NCBI GenBank assembly: GCA_008632985.1
Contig: QPGO01000058.1
Coordinates: 186,001 to 250,000, forward strand
Reading direction: 5' to 3'
Origin: Psammoneis japonica
Lineage: Eukaryota
Length of the DNA stretch: 64,000 nt
The notes under the pieces were generated by a model. That model worked only from the letters and a program-made list of their open reading frames with translations. It was not told the DNA's origin and did not search any database. Position 1 is the stretch's first letter, and each line of letters begins with the position of its first letter. This document shows positions 1 through 11,539 of this stretch, piece after piece. The position numbers and the translations under genes are program-made.

Positions 1-1707
1 GACATTGATTGGGAAGATGGGGATAACGAGGGCGTGGGAGCACTTGTTACTGCTGAATCCCAGGCCCAGATGGGTCGTGCCAGTAGTTCTGGCTCATCAA
101 GAGCGAAAGATGATATCGACGACGAGTTTCAATGCTCAGAAAACTCAGATTCGCACTCGGCGACAGATGGAAATCCTGAGGGAGGTACGGAATCTCGAGC
201 TTTAGCTTCGAAGGATAATTCGCTTCGCTTGGGGATAGACGATGACGAGGAACGCGCAACGCAGCATTTTCTGGAAGTTGCAGATTCACGCAATGGCAAC
301 GACGAAAATGACTTTTTCCATCAGCAAGATGTGGATGAGACGACTGCCGCATTAGAGCACGCGCAGGCAACGGCATCTAACCTAACAGATTGGGCAGGTA
401 GAGCTTTTCGACGAGCAATCGCAAAACATGCTGAGGAAACAGGCGTCCATTCGAAAAGGGTGCTAGATTCAAGCAAGAAAGGCCAAAATCATCCGTCTAG
501 TGACACTGCCGTTTGCGACAAAGAAGGGTCAGAAGATGCCACCTCGCAGCAAAATACGTTCAAGCGACATGTGGCTATCGTGAATGATCAGTCTATAACT
601 GCAGAAATAAGCGAGAATCCTACAGACCTCGATTATGAGCCGGTGATTCAAGAATACTCGAGCACAAGAAATAACCCAGGCGAAGCTGACGCAGAATATC
701 GGAATTCAGTGGATCTTTTGCAGGGACAGATGGAATCGCTGCAAGAGGAGGAGCTCAAACTCAACGAAGATCTAAATAGACAAGAACGGGACATGGACAG
801 TGTAACGGATGAAATGAGACAGGAAATTGTTTCGCTAGTTCAGCTTTTCGGTATTCCATACGTTGAAGCACCAGCGGAGGCGGAAGCGCAGTGTGCCATG
901 CTCGAGCAGTTGGGGCTTGTGGATGGCATAGTTACAGAAGACAGTGATGTGTTTGTGTTTGGTGGAAAAAAGGTCTACAAGAACATATTCGACGATCAGA
1001 AATATGTTGAAGCGTATCTCGCACAAGACGCAGAACGGGATTTGGCTCTCGGTCGAAATGAATTTGTGGCTCTCGCCATGCTACTAGGCGGTGACTATAC
1101 GGACGGTGTCAAGGGTGTTGGTATCGTGAATGGCATGGAAGTGTTACAGGCGTTTGACGTATCGGTCGACATCAAATTGGGTCTAAACAAGTTCAAACAG
1201 TGGCTTGACGGCTTTGAACCCGATGAGGCTCTACAAGGCCCTTGCAAAGAGAAAGGAACATCGTCAGCGGAGAAGGTGTTTCGAGCAAAACATAAGAGTG
1301 CTCGAAACCGATGGACGGCACCAAAGTCTTTCCCCGCTGATAACGTTATAAACGCTTACAGAAACCCAGTGGTCGACAAGTCGCGCCAGCGATTTTCGTG
1401 GGGTGTACCCGACTTACAAAATCTCATTGTATTTTGTAATCGACAGATTGGCTGGAGCAAGGAGGAGACAGAGCAGCTTATCATACCAGTTCTGAAGAAG
1501 ATGGAGAGTGGATCACGACAGACTCGGATGGAATCTTTCTTCATGAAGTACGAAGATGACATTAAGTTTGCGAGAATCAACTCAAAGCGCCTTCGAGACG
1601 TTTTCCGAGGAATTCAAAGTTCGAGGGATGACACTGAGCGAGAGCAGTCAACGCAGGTAGATCTTGGCTCTTCCCGAGAAATTCGAAAGAAGCGAAAGAC
1701 GAACTAA
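1..1707 (+). CDS. XPG: XPG/Rad2 structure-specific endonuclease, C-terminal part (5' end lies outside the window)
   Basis: The frame is open from base 1 (DIDWEDG...). It has the XPG-I motif PYVEAPAEAEAQCA..LVDGIVTEDSDVFVFGG, H3TH LLGGDYTDGVKGVGIVNGMEVL, PIP box QTRMESFF and basic tail RKKRK. The long acidic spacer distinguishes it from FEN1. Confidence 0.93.
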   Translation, partial: DIDWEDGDNEGVGALVTAESQAQMGRASSSGSSRAKDDIDDEFQCSENSDSHSATDGNPEGGTESRALASKDNSLRLGIDDDEERATQHFLEVADSRNGNDENDFFHQQDVDETTAALEHAQATASNLTDWAGRAFRRAIAKHAEETGVHSKRVLDSSKKGQNHPSSDTAVCDKEGSEDATSQQNTFKRHVAIVNDQSITAEISENPTDLDYEPVIQEYSSTRNNPGEADAEYRNSVDLLQGQMESLQEEELKLNEDLNRQERDMDSVTDEMRQEIVSLVQLFGIPYVEAPAEAEAQCAMLEQLGLVDGIVTEDSDVFVFGGKKVYKNIFDDQKYVEAYLAQDAERDLALGRNEFVALAMLLGGDYTDGVKGVGIVNGMEVLQAFDVSVDIKLGLNKFKQWLDGFEPDEALQGPCKEKGTSSAEKVFRAKHKSARNRWTAPKSFPADNVINAYRNPVVDKSRQRFSWGVPDLQNLIVFCNRQIGWSKEETEQLIIPVLKKMESGSRQTRMESFFMKYEDDIKFARINSKRLRDVFRGIQSSRDDTEREQSTQVDLGSSREIRKKRKTN

Positions 1708-1780
1708 AGCAGTGATTACTCCTTGAGAAGTTATCAACGTATGGTAACCTCCCTGCGTCATGGTCGATGATTCATCTCCC

Positions 1781-3628
1781 TCACACCACCACAAAATCAT
1801 CAAGCTCTGGTGAACTATTCTTCGCAGTGTCGTTGTGAAGTTCTCTTCCAGACGATACCAAGACGAGTTGTCCGAGAAGAGCATCAAACTTGGCCAGATC
1901 AGGTCGATACGAATCAATGTACACCACCTTGTAGTCAATCTTGTTGGAAACCAGGCTGGCACGGAACGGAGGGTAACCTTTTCCGACGCATACAACAACT
2001 AGCGCGATTTCTGGGTTGACTTCCTTTTTGTACGCGGCAAGCAAACTCGAAAACATGTGTCCCTTGTGTGCGGTGTTTTCCTCCTCGTCTGTCACCAATA
2101 CAAACATGTCGATGTGCTCCTTCTTGTCATAGTATGGCCACAATGCCGCTGCCAATGAAGTACAGCCGTTTGCACGGATCTTGTCGCACACTTCAAGCGT
2201 CTCATCTACGCTCGATGGTTTTCGATGTGGCGAATCCACAAGCCCCGATGCAAAGAAGCTCAACTCCCCGTCAAAGCATGCGGACACCATGCTAGCAAAA
2301 ATGGTGGCGGCTTCAATTGCAAGCTGCATACTGGAAGACGCGTCACCAAAGACCGCCACTTTGTTCCCCTTCCTAAGGAAACCCTTCCAGTACGATGTGA
2401 GTTCCTCTAGACGATGAGCCGCGACCGGAAGAATATCAGTAGCGAGACTCAACCTCATCCTACGGAACGTGAGGATTCGTTCAAGCAGTTTGCCGTATGA
2501 CGTTGCTTTTGATTTCGCCATAGTGTTGCGCACGTCATCCTTGCCACTCGTCAGACGCTCTTGAAGGATAGCCTCACAGTTCCTCGAGACCTTGTAGAAT
2601 TCTTCGAAATACCAGATGACAGTTTCCAATGGGGCGTGTCGCGCAATAAGCTCCATGATTAGTGGTCTAGTCGCGAGGCTTTCCTGGAGACGAATGAACT
2701 GATAGCCGAGAAATACTTGCGGATACTCTTCGGCTAGTGCACGGAACTTCAACTCAACGTCGGCGTCGTCAGACTTCTTCACTAGCTCCTTCAGCGAATG
2801 CACGAAGTTGCTTTCCATAGAGCAGTCGCTCTGTCCTTCATGGTCAGTCCCGTCTTGTCGATGGACGTCGACAAGGAAGTAAGGAAGAGCAAAGTTGTTA
2901 GGACTGAAATGCACGATATCAGCAATTGTCTTCCAAATGGTGGGAGGCATGGCTAGCAACATGAACTCGAGGGAATCACTTGTGAGACCGGTCTTCGCCC
3001 AGTTTCTGATTTTTCTTGCAAGGGCTCCAGATACAGACGAAGACTCAATCAACTCCTTCACTGCACTGCTTTCATGAGCTTCCAAGCATCCCTTGTTGTC
3101 ACAACGTGCGGCTTCACACTCAAGTTCCGAAACAATTCCTTTATGCCTTCCTCTATATACGTCAACTTTTCCGCGTGTTCGCTTTCGGTTGTTCCTCTTG
3201 AGCTCTTGGCCTTCGCTGTCGACACACGCATCACCTCGAATCACATGAGGTCTTTCGCTCTCAATCCGCATGATTTTTCGATTCAGCTGACGAGCTTTAC
3301 GTGGTCTGTCTAGCAGGGTCAGTGCCTTGGCAATATCGGATGGCTCACAATGTTGCAGAAGCATTGAAAGGGCCTGATGCTCTGAGAGAATGTGTAGGGC
3401 TGCAATAATGCGGGCCCTGACTCCACTGGAGACCACGGCGAAGGTGCCGCTTTCACACAAGAAGTTGAGAGCCTTCATGTAGCTGTCCTTCTCTGTCATG
3501 AGGACGTGCAAATGCCCAGCTAGGCAAGGCGTGCCCTGGAAGAACACCTCGAATGTCTTCTTCATAGTCATGCTGTTTCTTTCTCGTTTTTCTGTAAAAT
3601 ACGTTGCAGTATTCACTTTGTGAGACAT
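1781..3628 (-). CDS. vWA (MIDAS) domain protein, possibly TROVE-like; the true start may be 3644 or 3693 across a frameshift
   Basis: 615-aa ORF with VAVFGDASSSM (DxSxS), ANGCTSLAAAL and VLVTDEEEN, ending in ELDDFVVV. The overlapping frame 3453..3644 reads like the real N-terminus. Confidence 0.75.
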   Translation of the reverse strand: MSHKVNTATYFTEKRERNSMTMKKTFEVFFQGTPCLAGHLHVLMTEKDSYMKALNFLCESGTFAVVSSGVRARIIAALHILSEHQALSMLLQHCEPSDIAKALTLLDRPRKARQLNRKIMRIESERPHVIRGDACVDSEGQELKRNNRKRTRGKVDVYRGRHKGIVSELECEAARCDNKGCLEAHESSAVKELIESSSVSGALARKIRNWAKTGLTSDSLEFMLLAMPPTIWKTIADIVHFSPNNFALPYFLVDVHRQDGTDHEGQSDCSMESNFVHSLKELVKKSDDADVELKFRALAEEYPQVFLGYQFIRLQESLATRPLIMELIARHAPLETVIWYFEEFYKVSRNCEAILQERLTSGKDDVRNTMAKSKATSYGKLLERILTFRRMRLSLATDILPVAAHRLEELTSYWKGFLRKGNKVAVFGDASSSMQLAIEAATIFASMVSACFDGELSFFASGLVDSPHRKPSSVDETLEVCDKIRANGCTSLAAALWPYYDKKEHIDMFVLVTDEEENTAHKGHMFSSLLAAYKKEVNPEIALVVVCVGKGYPPFRASLVSNKIDYKVVYIDSYRPDLAKFDALLGQLVLVSSGRELHNDTAKNSSPELDDFVVV

Positions 3629-4396
3629 AAAACAAAGCTTGCATCTCTTTTGCGCGAGACGTGCGTTTGAGTCGTGCTCGCCAGTCGTGTCATACGAACA
3701 CCCGCGAATTCCTTCTTCTGCGTTTTTTCCGGAAAAGCTAGGTTTTTGTATATGGACTTATCACCTTCTTTCAATCAAGAAACATTGACCTTGTGGGTTA
3801 CACCGAGTGTGCCATCTACAAGGTCGGTAGTTCGAGGTTGGAACGAGCCACGACTTCTTCAAGCCTTGTGTTTCATAGCCAATCGGTGTCTATCACCCAG
3901 GTTAGCTAGAATAGTAACACGGTAGTTCGAAAGAACTCTTGCTTCTGATTAGGACCAAACTCAATCGGGGAATAAAAGAAGTCAAACTCGATACTCGTTC
4001 TTTTGTTTCTTGTCCCTTGGAATCCTTTTTGCCAAGATAAAGAGAAGAGTGTGCTGGACTCTTCACTTCTCATGCGTTCGCATTGCAGAGCCGTTGAATC
4101 AAGTCTCCCTCTATGCAGGAAGTGTTTTAGCATTAAGCATACGATGACTCGGGAAGTCGATGTGGCAGCGCTAACTGCATGCTCTACTCTAGCTAGAGTC
4201 TACGAGCAGTGAGGCAATAAAAAGGAGATGTGGGATGTCGGCTGTCTCGAGCAAATAAAATGTGGGCGAGTGTGCTCATCTGGGATGTTCGAGCTCTGTG
4301 TCGCGCTGTCATCAGTGGGGGTGGGATGCTCGAGATGGTCTTCAGGGCTTTGAGGAGCCTCCTTCAGATGCTCTTAAAACACATCTGCAATTGGGA
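3617..4396. repeat. Copy A of a duplicated ~700-bp segment (5' end/promoter of the vWA gene)
   Basis: Aligns by eye with 9444-10149 and partly with 4405-4858, e.g. ttcgaggttggaacgagccacgacttcttcaagccttg at ~3831 and ~9659. Confidence 0.9.
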
Positions 4397-4404
4397 GACG
4401 GCTT

Positions 4405-4858
4405 TTTCAAGCCTTGTGTTTCACAGCCCATCGGTGTTTCTCACCCACCCAGGTTGGCCAGAACAATGACATGGCAGTTAGAAAGAAAACCAAACTCAAT
4501 CGGGAAACAAAAAAGTCAAACATGACACTTGTTCTTTTGTTTCTTGTCCCTTGGAAGCCCCTTTTGCCAAGATTAAATTTGCATTGCAGAGCCATTGAAT
4601 CAAGTCTCCCTCCATGCAGGAAGTGTTTTGGCACTGAGCACGCGATGACTCAGGAAGTCGATGTGGCAGCACCAACTGGCAAAAGGAGATGAGGGATGCC
4701 GGCTGTCTCTGGCAAACAAAATGTGGGCAAGTGTGCTCATCTGGGATGTTTGAGCTCTGTGTTGTGCTGTCATCAGTGGAGGTGGGATGCTTGAGATGGT
4801 CTTCAGGGCTTTGAGGAGCCTCCTTCAGATGTTCTTAAAACACATCTGCAATTGGGGG
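4405..4858. repeat. Copy C: tandem, more decayed partial duplicate of 3857-4396
   Basis: gagatggtcttcagggctttgaggagcctccttcagatg occurs at ~4332 and ~4793; gaagtcgatgtggcagc at ~4153 and ~4654. Confidence 0.9.
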
Positions 4859-7800
4859 ACATTGTGGAGCAAAGCGATGCTGATTCCCTGACTGTGCTGA
4901 AAGAAATGGCATCTCCAGACAGCCACTCAGACTGTTTGCACAATGTGCATTAATGTGCAAAGGAGACCCAGAGGACAAATGTTGCCAGAGTTGAGCTGGC
5001 AGGGGGGTTCTCATGATTTTCCATCCAGGAAAAGTCAAAGCAGTTCAGGCTGTCTCTGCAAGGCTGTCTCTTTGATGAGACTTCAAACTCCTTGGTGCAA
5101 AAAGATGGACATGGTCTGGACTGTGATTTTGCCACATGACCTGTGCAGAAAAAGACACATGCTGGCAACAGGAGGACATTCCCTGCTGACAGGGAACACA
5201 GTTGCAGAAGTTTGTGGTGGCCAGATTGTTGGTGCAAATGTGCAGGGCCGTGAGTGGAACAGCTCTGAAGTTTTCAAAGGCATGTTGTTGCTGCCCAAAC
5301 AAACAAAATTTCCAACCCCCTTTTTGCTGCATGTCAACATCAGCTCTGAGTGCAGCAACTTGATTTGGGGCTTTTCAGGTTTTTGAGTGTGAGAATTGCA
5401 AGCTGGGTCATGAAGGAAACCAATTTGGGAAAAAGTGACCAAAACCCAAAAGAGAGCTGAAAGTCTTTTCGTCTTGGCAACTGTGCCCTGCAATCATGTC
5501 AAGGCAGCATTTTGGACATTTGTTGCATCAAGAGCAGCAGATGAACAGGAGGCAGGCATGAGACCAGTTGAGGTGTGGCAGACAAAAGATTCTAGATTGC
5601 TTCAGAGACTGGGCTCAAGCAGCAGACACAGTTCCGATGCAGGTTAAAAAGGACATGACAAGCTGCAGCTCAGCCCTCCACCACCACAACTTGAGCTGGG
5701 AGTCTCTCAGGGGCAACTTGCTTCAATCAGGCATGGAGGAGGATCTGGCCAGGTTTGTTTTGGAAGACAAGAGGGGCATTCCTGACCACTTCCAGGAGGG
5801 ACATCCTTGGCGCAACTGCAGTGGCATCCCTCCTCCTTCCCAGTTCTTGGAGCAGCACTGCCTTTGCCCCTTTGATGGCATCAATGCCAACAAGGCAAGG
5901 AGATGCCGGCTCTGTCAAACACAAAGGAGCATGGTGCAATGACAGCCAGCAGCACTGAAAGGAAGAAATTGGAGAAGGACACAGCAGAGGATTTCCCAAG
6001 TGATGGCAAGGAGGAGGAGATGCCTTTTGCTGCTCTGGCTTTGTTTCCAGGCTGCTCATTTTTGTTCTCATTGATGAAATGTTGCCAGGCACTGGAGCTG
6101 AGACTTCTGAAGTGAGCAACTTTTTGCGTGGCTCCAGACAATGGCGCTGAAGAGGATTTGGAGGACATGGGTGGCCAGCGGAACTGGCCATCTTGCATGG
6201 TGCTTTTGTGGAGCTTTGATGGTGGGTTGTTGGCTGGTTTGCTGGCTTCTTTGAATGCAAACAAAAAATCTTCATGCTCTTTTAGAGATGATGGCAAGCA
6301 ATGTCAATGGGGATGCTCATGTTGTCAGGGCTTTTTTGGAATCAGCGGTGGTGCGTTGGATCTTTTGGTGTGGTTGTTGGCGCTTTTTGCCATTGCAACA
6401 AATGAAAATGGGGGTGACAGCCATTGACATAAAAAAGGACTCTTGGGGTGCAGAATGAGGTGCATGAGAGAGGTTGGTGCAGCAAAGCAATTGTGCCCAA
6501 AAAAGGAAATTTGCTGTTGCAAATCACTGGACTGGTTGGCAGAGACATTGATTGCTGTCATCAGTGCATGTTGTTGCCACAGAGCTGAAGAATGAAAGTG
6601 TGCATGTCAACTCACATCAAACCCAGGACATCTGCTTGCCACTGGGGGCATCTTCTGGTTTTGGAAGGCGGATGTTTTGCTGCTGAACCATGGTTGCTTG
6701 ATGGCGGCGCAGCTCAATGAAAAAGTCAATTAAAACCATGCTCAACAATTTTTCTTTTTCTTTTTGATGCTGACAAGTTGGGTCCTTCCTGTCAATGTCA
6801 CCAACAAATTGATTTGTTGCGGCACAACAAGGCATGGTGTGTGTGATCTGGCGGCCCACAGCGTGAGTGACTCCTCAATTCCAAACAAGACTGAAAGACC
6901 CGTTGTCTGCTCCTCAATCCCCAACAAGACTGAAAGACCAACCACTGCATCTTAAAAGGCATTTGCGGCTTTTTTGGCTTGAATTTGGCCAAACAGCTCA
7001 TGGTTTGCATGATTTTTCCTGAATTTCACCATGCTTCACTGTGGTGAAAACATCAAGCCACAAGTCTGAGATGGGCGATGTGGTCCATCTGTCAAATCTC
7101 ATCTGCTTTGCATTTGTTGTGCATCAAAGGTCACACATGCACCAAATGTTTGAGGACAGACCACTGCATTTTGGAGAAATGTCAAGATTGCCACAATCAT
7201 TGTGCTCCAATCATGGTGCCAGATGTGGCCTCGTTTTCATGCACAACTGGGTGTGAATGTGAACAATTTTTGCACTCAAAAACAAACACTGCAAATGACT
7301 GTGGGGTTTGCGCTTCTTGGAGAAGAAAGAGGACAAAACACAACTGGTTGCCAGGTTGTGCAACTGGAGCGCATGAAACATCCTCACCTGATTGGATCTT
7401 GAGGACAATCTGGCAATTCTGGAAGCTGTGACTGAACCATCCTCCCAAGGCTTCTTCTTTGAGCTTCTCTTCTGCTTTGCATTGCAAAAGTGGCACCGTG
7501 ACACAACATCTTTGAAAGAGGCAGGTTTTGCCCCACTGGGTCTGACTTCCTGTGACTTTCTCAGCAAAGCTTGCAATGTTCCACCAGAGTCCATTAAGTC
7601 AGGAGCCTCCAGCCTCAATTGCCACTGTGTTTGCCTCAAATCTGAGACATTTCAACCAAGGCCCAGGGCAGCAGCAACACCAGTCAAGAAACACACTGAT
7701 GACTTTGTTGTTGCAGCACTTGCAGAAAATTGTGGGCTTGTCTTTCTCATTCAACGCAAGCTTGAGCAGAGCACAGATTGTCTCAAGGCTGCACAAATGA

Positions 7801-9179
7801 CATTCCCTGACCTTCTGCTGCATCAGTCAAATGAAAGAAGGCTCGATGATGCTGCACTTGGTTGAAAAAACATGTGTGATTGCAAGATGGCAGATGCCAG
7901 CAAAAAGGTGGAACATGACAAATTGCAAGACTTGCTGGGCATGGAAACATGGGGAGATCACACAGTTTGTGTTGTTCACCTTGTTGTGGCATGTCCAGGC
8001 AAGGTTTTGAAGCTTGAAGACACCAGATGGATTGCAAAAACATCACGGCATTGTGGTGCTTCACAGAAGAGCTTGCAGCACTGCCAGAAAGAGTCCCTGA
8101 CACAAATGAAGAAAAGCATCCATTGTTGGTCATTGTTGAGGAGAAGCTGTTGCAAAACAGTTGCTGGGTGACCATGTCTTTGGCAGATTGAAAGAAGCAC
8201 TGATGATGTGCCAATGAGTCTGTCTGATCTTTTGCCTTGTGAGGGTGGCACTGGCATGGTCGATGACAAAGAAGAGTGAGAACCTTTTGGTCACAGGGTG
8301 CCAAATGTGTGTTGCTTGCAGATTCCTTGTCATCTCACTGTCTTTGGCTTGCCACTTGCTCCCTCAGTTGTCAGAGCCAGCTGCTTGCGCTGCAGTCAAC
8401 TCTTTTTTTTTGGGGGGGGGGGGGGGAGATCAACCAGAGCATCTCTGTTGACCTCTTTCATTCAAGTGGTCACCATGCTTGACTTTAGGATCCACATGAA
8501 ATTGAGTGACAAGGTTGGCAGCCTGGTGACACCTGGTTTTCTGGCCTGGAGTTGAGCTGGCTGCAAGGCTCTGGGTGAAAAAGGGCTTCTGACAGCCCAG
8601 ACATCATTGTGGGTGAATCACTTTCCACAGTCAATTGTGGAATGCATCCACACTGGCAGCCAAGATCATCATGTTTCAAATCACAAGGTCCTTGTCATCT
8701 GGCCTTCTGAAGACCAACATTTCTCAGGAAAGTTCGTTCCGGTTGACCAACCCAGCACCGCGCCGGCAGTGGTGTGTCACCGGTGCTTTGCAGGTCTGGC
8801 ATGAGGCAAATGGTGAGAATTTTTTTGGATTTTTGTTTTTTTCTGTTGTTGAGTTTGTTCAGTTGTCGTCACCAACAATTGCCTGCTGCTTGTTTGTGAA
8901 AGGTTGCTTTGGGCTGTGAACACTCCAGCCCCATCCTCCAAAATGGTTTCCTGATGCCAGAAAGCAACCCAAGAAAGAGACCCCACCAACAGTCACACCT
9001 GCCATCCCCATGGACCATTCCAGACATTCTGCTGTCACCAAGCAGAGTTGAGGAACCAGATTTCAAGTCTGCAATGAATGGCAACTCTGCTTCTTAAAAT
9101 GTTCATTTGTCAGGCAACAAGACAGGTCTCGCAAAATCAGCAATGTTGGAAGCACAGTTGTTGAGCACATCTGCAAAAG

Positions 9180-9275
9180 AATGCAGAAGATGACTGCATC
9201 AAGCTCCATGCTGTGACAATGGTTGATCCTGCAACCCAATGGTTTGAGATCATTGAAGTCCCAACAAAGACATCT
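9180..9275 (+). mobile_element. Ty3/Gypsy-type integrase core fragment
   Basis: Translates KLHAVTMVDPATQWFEIIEVPTK, matching the TMIDPATGWFEI pattern of Gypsy integrases. The fragment is short. Confidence 0.6.
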
Positions 9276-9443
9276 TGTGCAGAATCGCAATCAAAGACAT
9301 CCAAAAGGAGGTCGAATGCCGACAAAAAGGAGGTGCAAACACTGACCCTGTTGAGTCTGGCCATTTTGCTCTTCCACTCTTGTTCAAACACAAGCCAGCC
9401 ATTGCCATGGCACATGGCTGTCCAGCGGAGTGTGACCAATGGA

Positions 9444-10149
9444 TTTGTGAGTCCATGAGACAAGAACCAGCTTTGATGTGAGGTGTGCATTTGAGTTGTG
9501 CTCTTCAGTCGTGTCATGCTGACACCCTCGGCAAACTCCTCTTTCTGTGTGTTTTTCTGGAAGAACAAAGTTTTTGCACATGGACTTGTCACATTCTTTC
9601 AATCAAGAGTCATTGAACTTGTGAGTTGCATCAAGTGTGGCATCCACAAGGTTGGTGGTTCGAGGTTGGAACGAGCCACGACTTCTTCAAGCCTTGTTTT
9701 TCACAGCCTCCCTTTTGTCCAAGCAGGCTGGAAAAATGGCAACACAGCAGTTTGAAGGAACTCCTGCTTCTGATTGGGATCAAACTCAATCAGGGAATGA
9801 AAGGAGCAAAACTTGATGCTCATTCTTTTGTCTCCAGTCCCTGAATCCCCTTTTTGCCACAACAGAGAGAAAGAGAAGCGCGTGCTCTGCTCTTCTGAAA
9901 AGAACTTTGACCTTTGGGTCGGTGTTTTTGTCACTTTCGCATTGTAGAGCTGTTGAATCAAGTCTCTCGCTATGTGCTCCGAGGAAGCATTTTAGCATTA
10001 AGGATGCCTCGGAAAGTCGATGTGGCAGCGCTAACTACATGCTCTATTTTAGAGTCTACGAGTAAAATGTGGTCTGTCGAGCAAATAAAATGTGGGCGAG
10101 TGTGCTAATCTGTGATGTTCGAGCTCTTTCTCGCGCTATCATCAGTGGG
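9444..10149. repeat. Copy B of the duplicated segment; its right end is the upstream region of the TTL gene
   Basis: Direct repeat of 3617-4320. The minus strand reads MTRLKSTTQMHTS, against MTRLASTTQTHVS at 3693. Confidence 0.9.
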
Positions 10150-10342
10150 GTTCCAGGTTGCGGGATCGAATATCTTTTGCGCCGCCGCGGAACCCAAGCG
10201 GAACCAGAGAGCGCACTTCATGCCGTATGCCGTCGCTTGTTCGGGAAGCATGTTGCGATTGCGCTTTTGCATCCTGCTTATTGTGGTTGTTTCGTTTGCA
10301 TTTGCGATTGATCGCGGAGAGGAGTGCACTGAGCCCAACACA

Positions 10343-11233
10343 ATGTCCGACAAAGATCGCCCCACGGTAGAAGAACTCTTGTCTCGCAGCAAGGATGAGA
10401 TTGTCACTTTTTTGTCTGAGATTTATGAACACTCTGCTTGGGTGGCGGAAAAACTGACAGAGCAAGATTACTCAGGCGTCAAGACCGTGTCATCCTTGGC
10501 CAACGCTATGAAGGACATTGTGAACTCGTCGTCGAGGCAGCCCAAGATGGATTTGTTACGTGCTCATCCCGATCTGTGTGCTCGCGTCGGGCAGCTGGAG
10601 GACTTGACGGCATCCAGTCAAGAAGAGCAGTCCAGTGCCGGCTTACAATCACTTACTGACCAAGAAATGAAGAAATTTACTGACCTCAATACAAAGTACA
10701 GCTCCAAATTTGGTTTTCCTTTCATCCTGGCGGTCCGAAATTCCACGAAACGAACCGTTCTGGCGGCACTAGCGGGACGCGTCACCAACAGTGAGGAGGT
10801 GGAGTTTAATATCGCCTTGCAGCAGGTTCACAAGATCGCATGGATGAGACTCTTGGCTTCTATAAATACAGATGACGCAGCAGGTTTTCTCACCTGTCAT
10901 GTCTTGGATACCGCCAACGGTTGTCCTGCGGCAAACATGAGAATTACCCTTCACCGTTTATCCCCGACCAAGGAATTGATAGGAGAGTATACTACCAACG
11001 ACGACGGTCGCCTAGAAAATGGACCTGCCCTCAAGGGAAAGGATTTTATGGTTGGAACTTATGAATGGACCTTTTATGTTGCTGACTACTTTGCCTTTCG
11101 GGGAACCGAGACTGCAGGGACTCCCTTCTTGGATCAAGTGCCGCTTCGATTTGGGATCGATAACCCTGATGATCATTATCATGTGCCTCTCTTGGTTAGT
11201 CCTTGGAGCTTCTCCACTTACAGAGGAAGCTAA
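10343..11233 (+). CDS. TTL: Bifunctional OHCU decarboxylase / 5-hydroxyisourate hydrolase (allantoin synthase)
   Basis: OHCU decarboxylase motifs YEHSAWVAE, AHPDL, SQEEQSSAGL and KFGFPFILAVR; HIU hydrolase motifs LTCHVLDTANGCPA, TNDDGR, HYHVPLLVSPWSFSTYRGS (YRGS terminus). ATG at 10343. Confidence 0.95.
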   Translation: MSDKDRPTVEELLSRSKDEIVTFLSEIYEHSAWVAEKLTEQDYSGVKTVSSLANAMKDIVNSSSRQPKMDLLRAHPDLCARVGQLEDLTASSQEEQSSAGLQSLTDQEMKKFTDLNTKYSSKFGFPFILAVRNSTKRTVLAALAGRVTNSEEVEFNIALQQVHKIAWMRLLASINTDDAAGFLTCHVLDTANGCPAANMRITLHRLSPTKELIGEYTTNDDGRLENGPALKGKDFMVGTYEWTFYVADYFAFRGTETAGTPFLDQVPLRFGIDNPDDHYHVPLLVSPWSFSTYRGS

Positions 11234-11539
11234 GATTCGATTTACATAAATCTTTGGTCTTTGACTACTGTTTGTTTTAAATTTTTATCTGCCGGCATGC
11301 GCATCCTGCGGTTTCACCCACACCCTGAATCCTTCAACCGGTTGTTGCTTGTTGTCATCACGCACCCGCGATTATTCATTTTCAGGCCATCTGTGTTCAA
11401 GACCATGATCTGGTATTTCCTTTTGTTCGCGTCTTTTCCCTTCCGTTTCTCCAATTTTGGTGCCGTGTTGCTGTCATGTTGTGCGGTGCAGCACGCACGA
11501 AATTGGCTTGACATCTTCGCTGACATCTGCCCCACTCCC

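Larger units (their letters stand above)
4300..9950. other. TpA/CpG-depleted island 1 (decayed repeats and pseudogenes)
   Basis: About ten TA dinucleotides by eye in 4860-9480. ORFs in all six frames are almost Tyr-free and Cys/His-rich. Confidence 0.9.

Noticed and set aside
1..1707. XPG as the effector of the hypermutation
   Set aside because: It is a standard NER nuclease, and adjacency alone is not evidence.
8403..8427. T/G homopolymer run as a functional G-quadruplex or terminator
   Set aside because: A single low-complexity tract whose length is unreliable in this assembly.
4835..9100. Many overlapping Cys/His-rich ORFs as novel metal-binding proteins
   Set aside because: They are explained by loss of TAA/TAG and by Tyr/Arg->Cys/His conversion, and occur equally in all frames.
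3617..10149. Copies A and B as LTRs of a retroelement
   Set aside because: No TG...CA ends, PBS, PPT or TSD were seen. The repeat includes the 5' end of the vWA gene, so a segmental duplication fits better.
10112..10342. N-terminal extension of TTL in the ORF track
   Set aside because: It uses a non-ATG start overlapping repeat copy B. The family-like sequence begins at ATG 10343.
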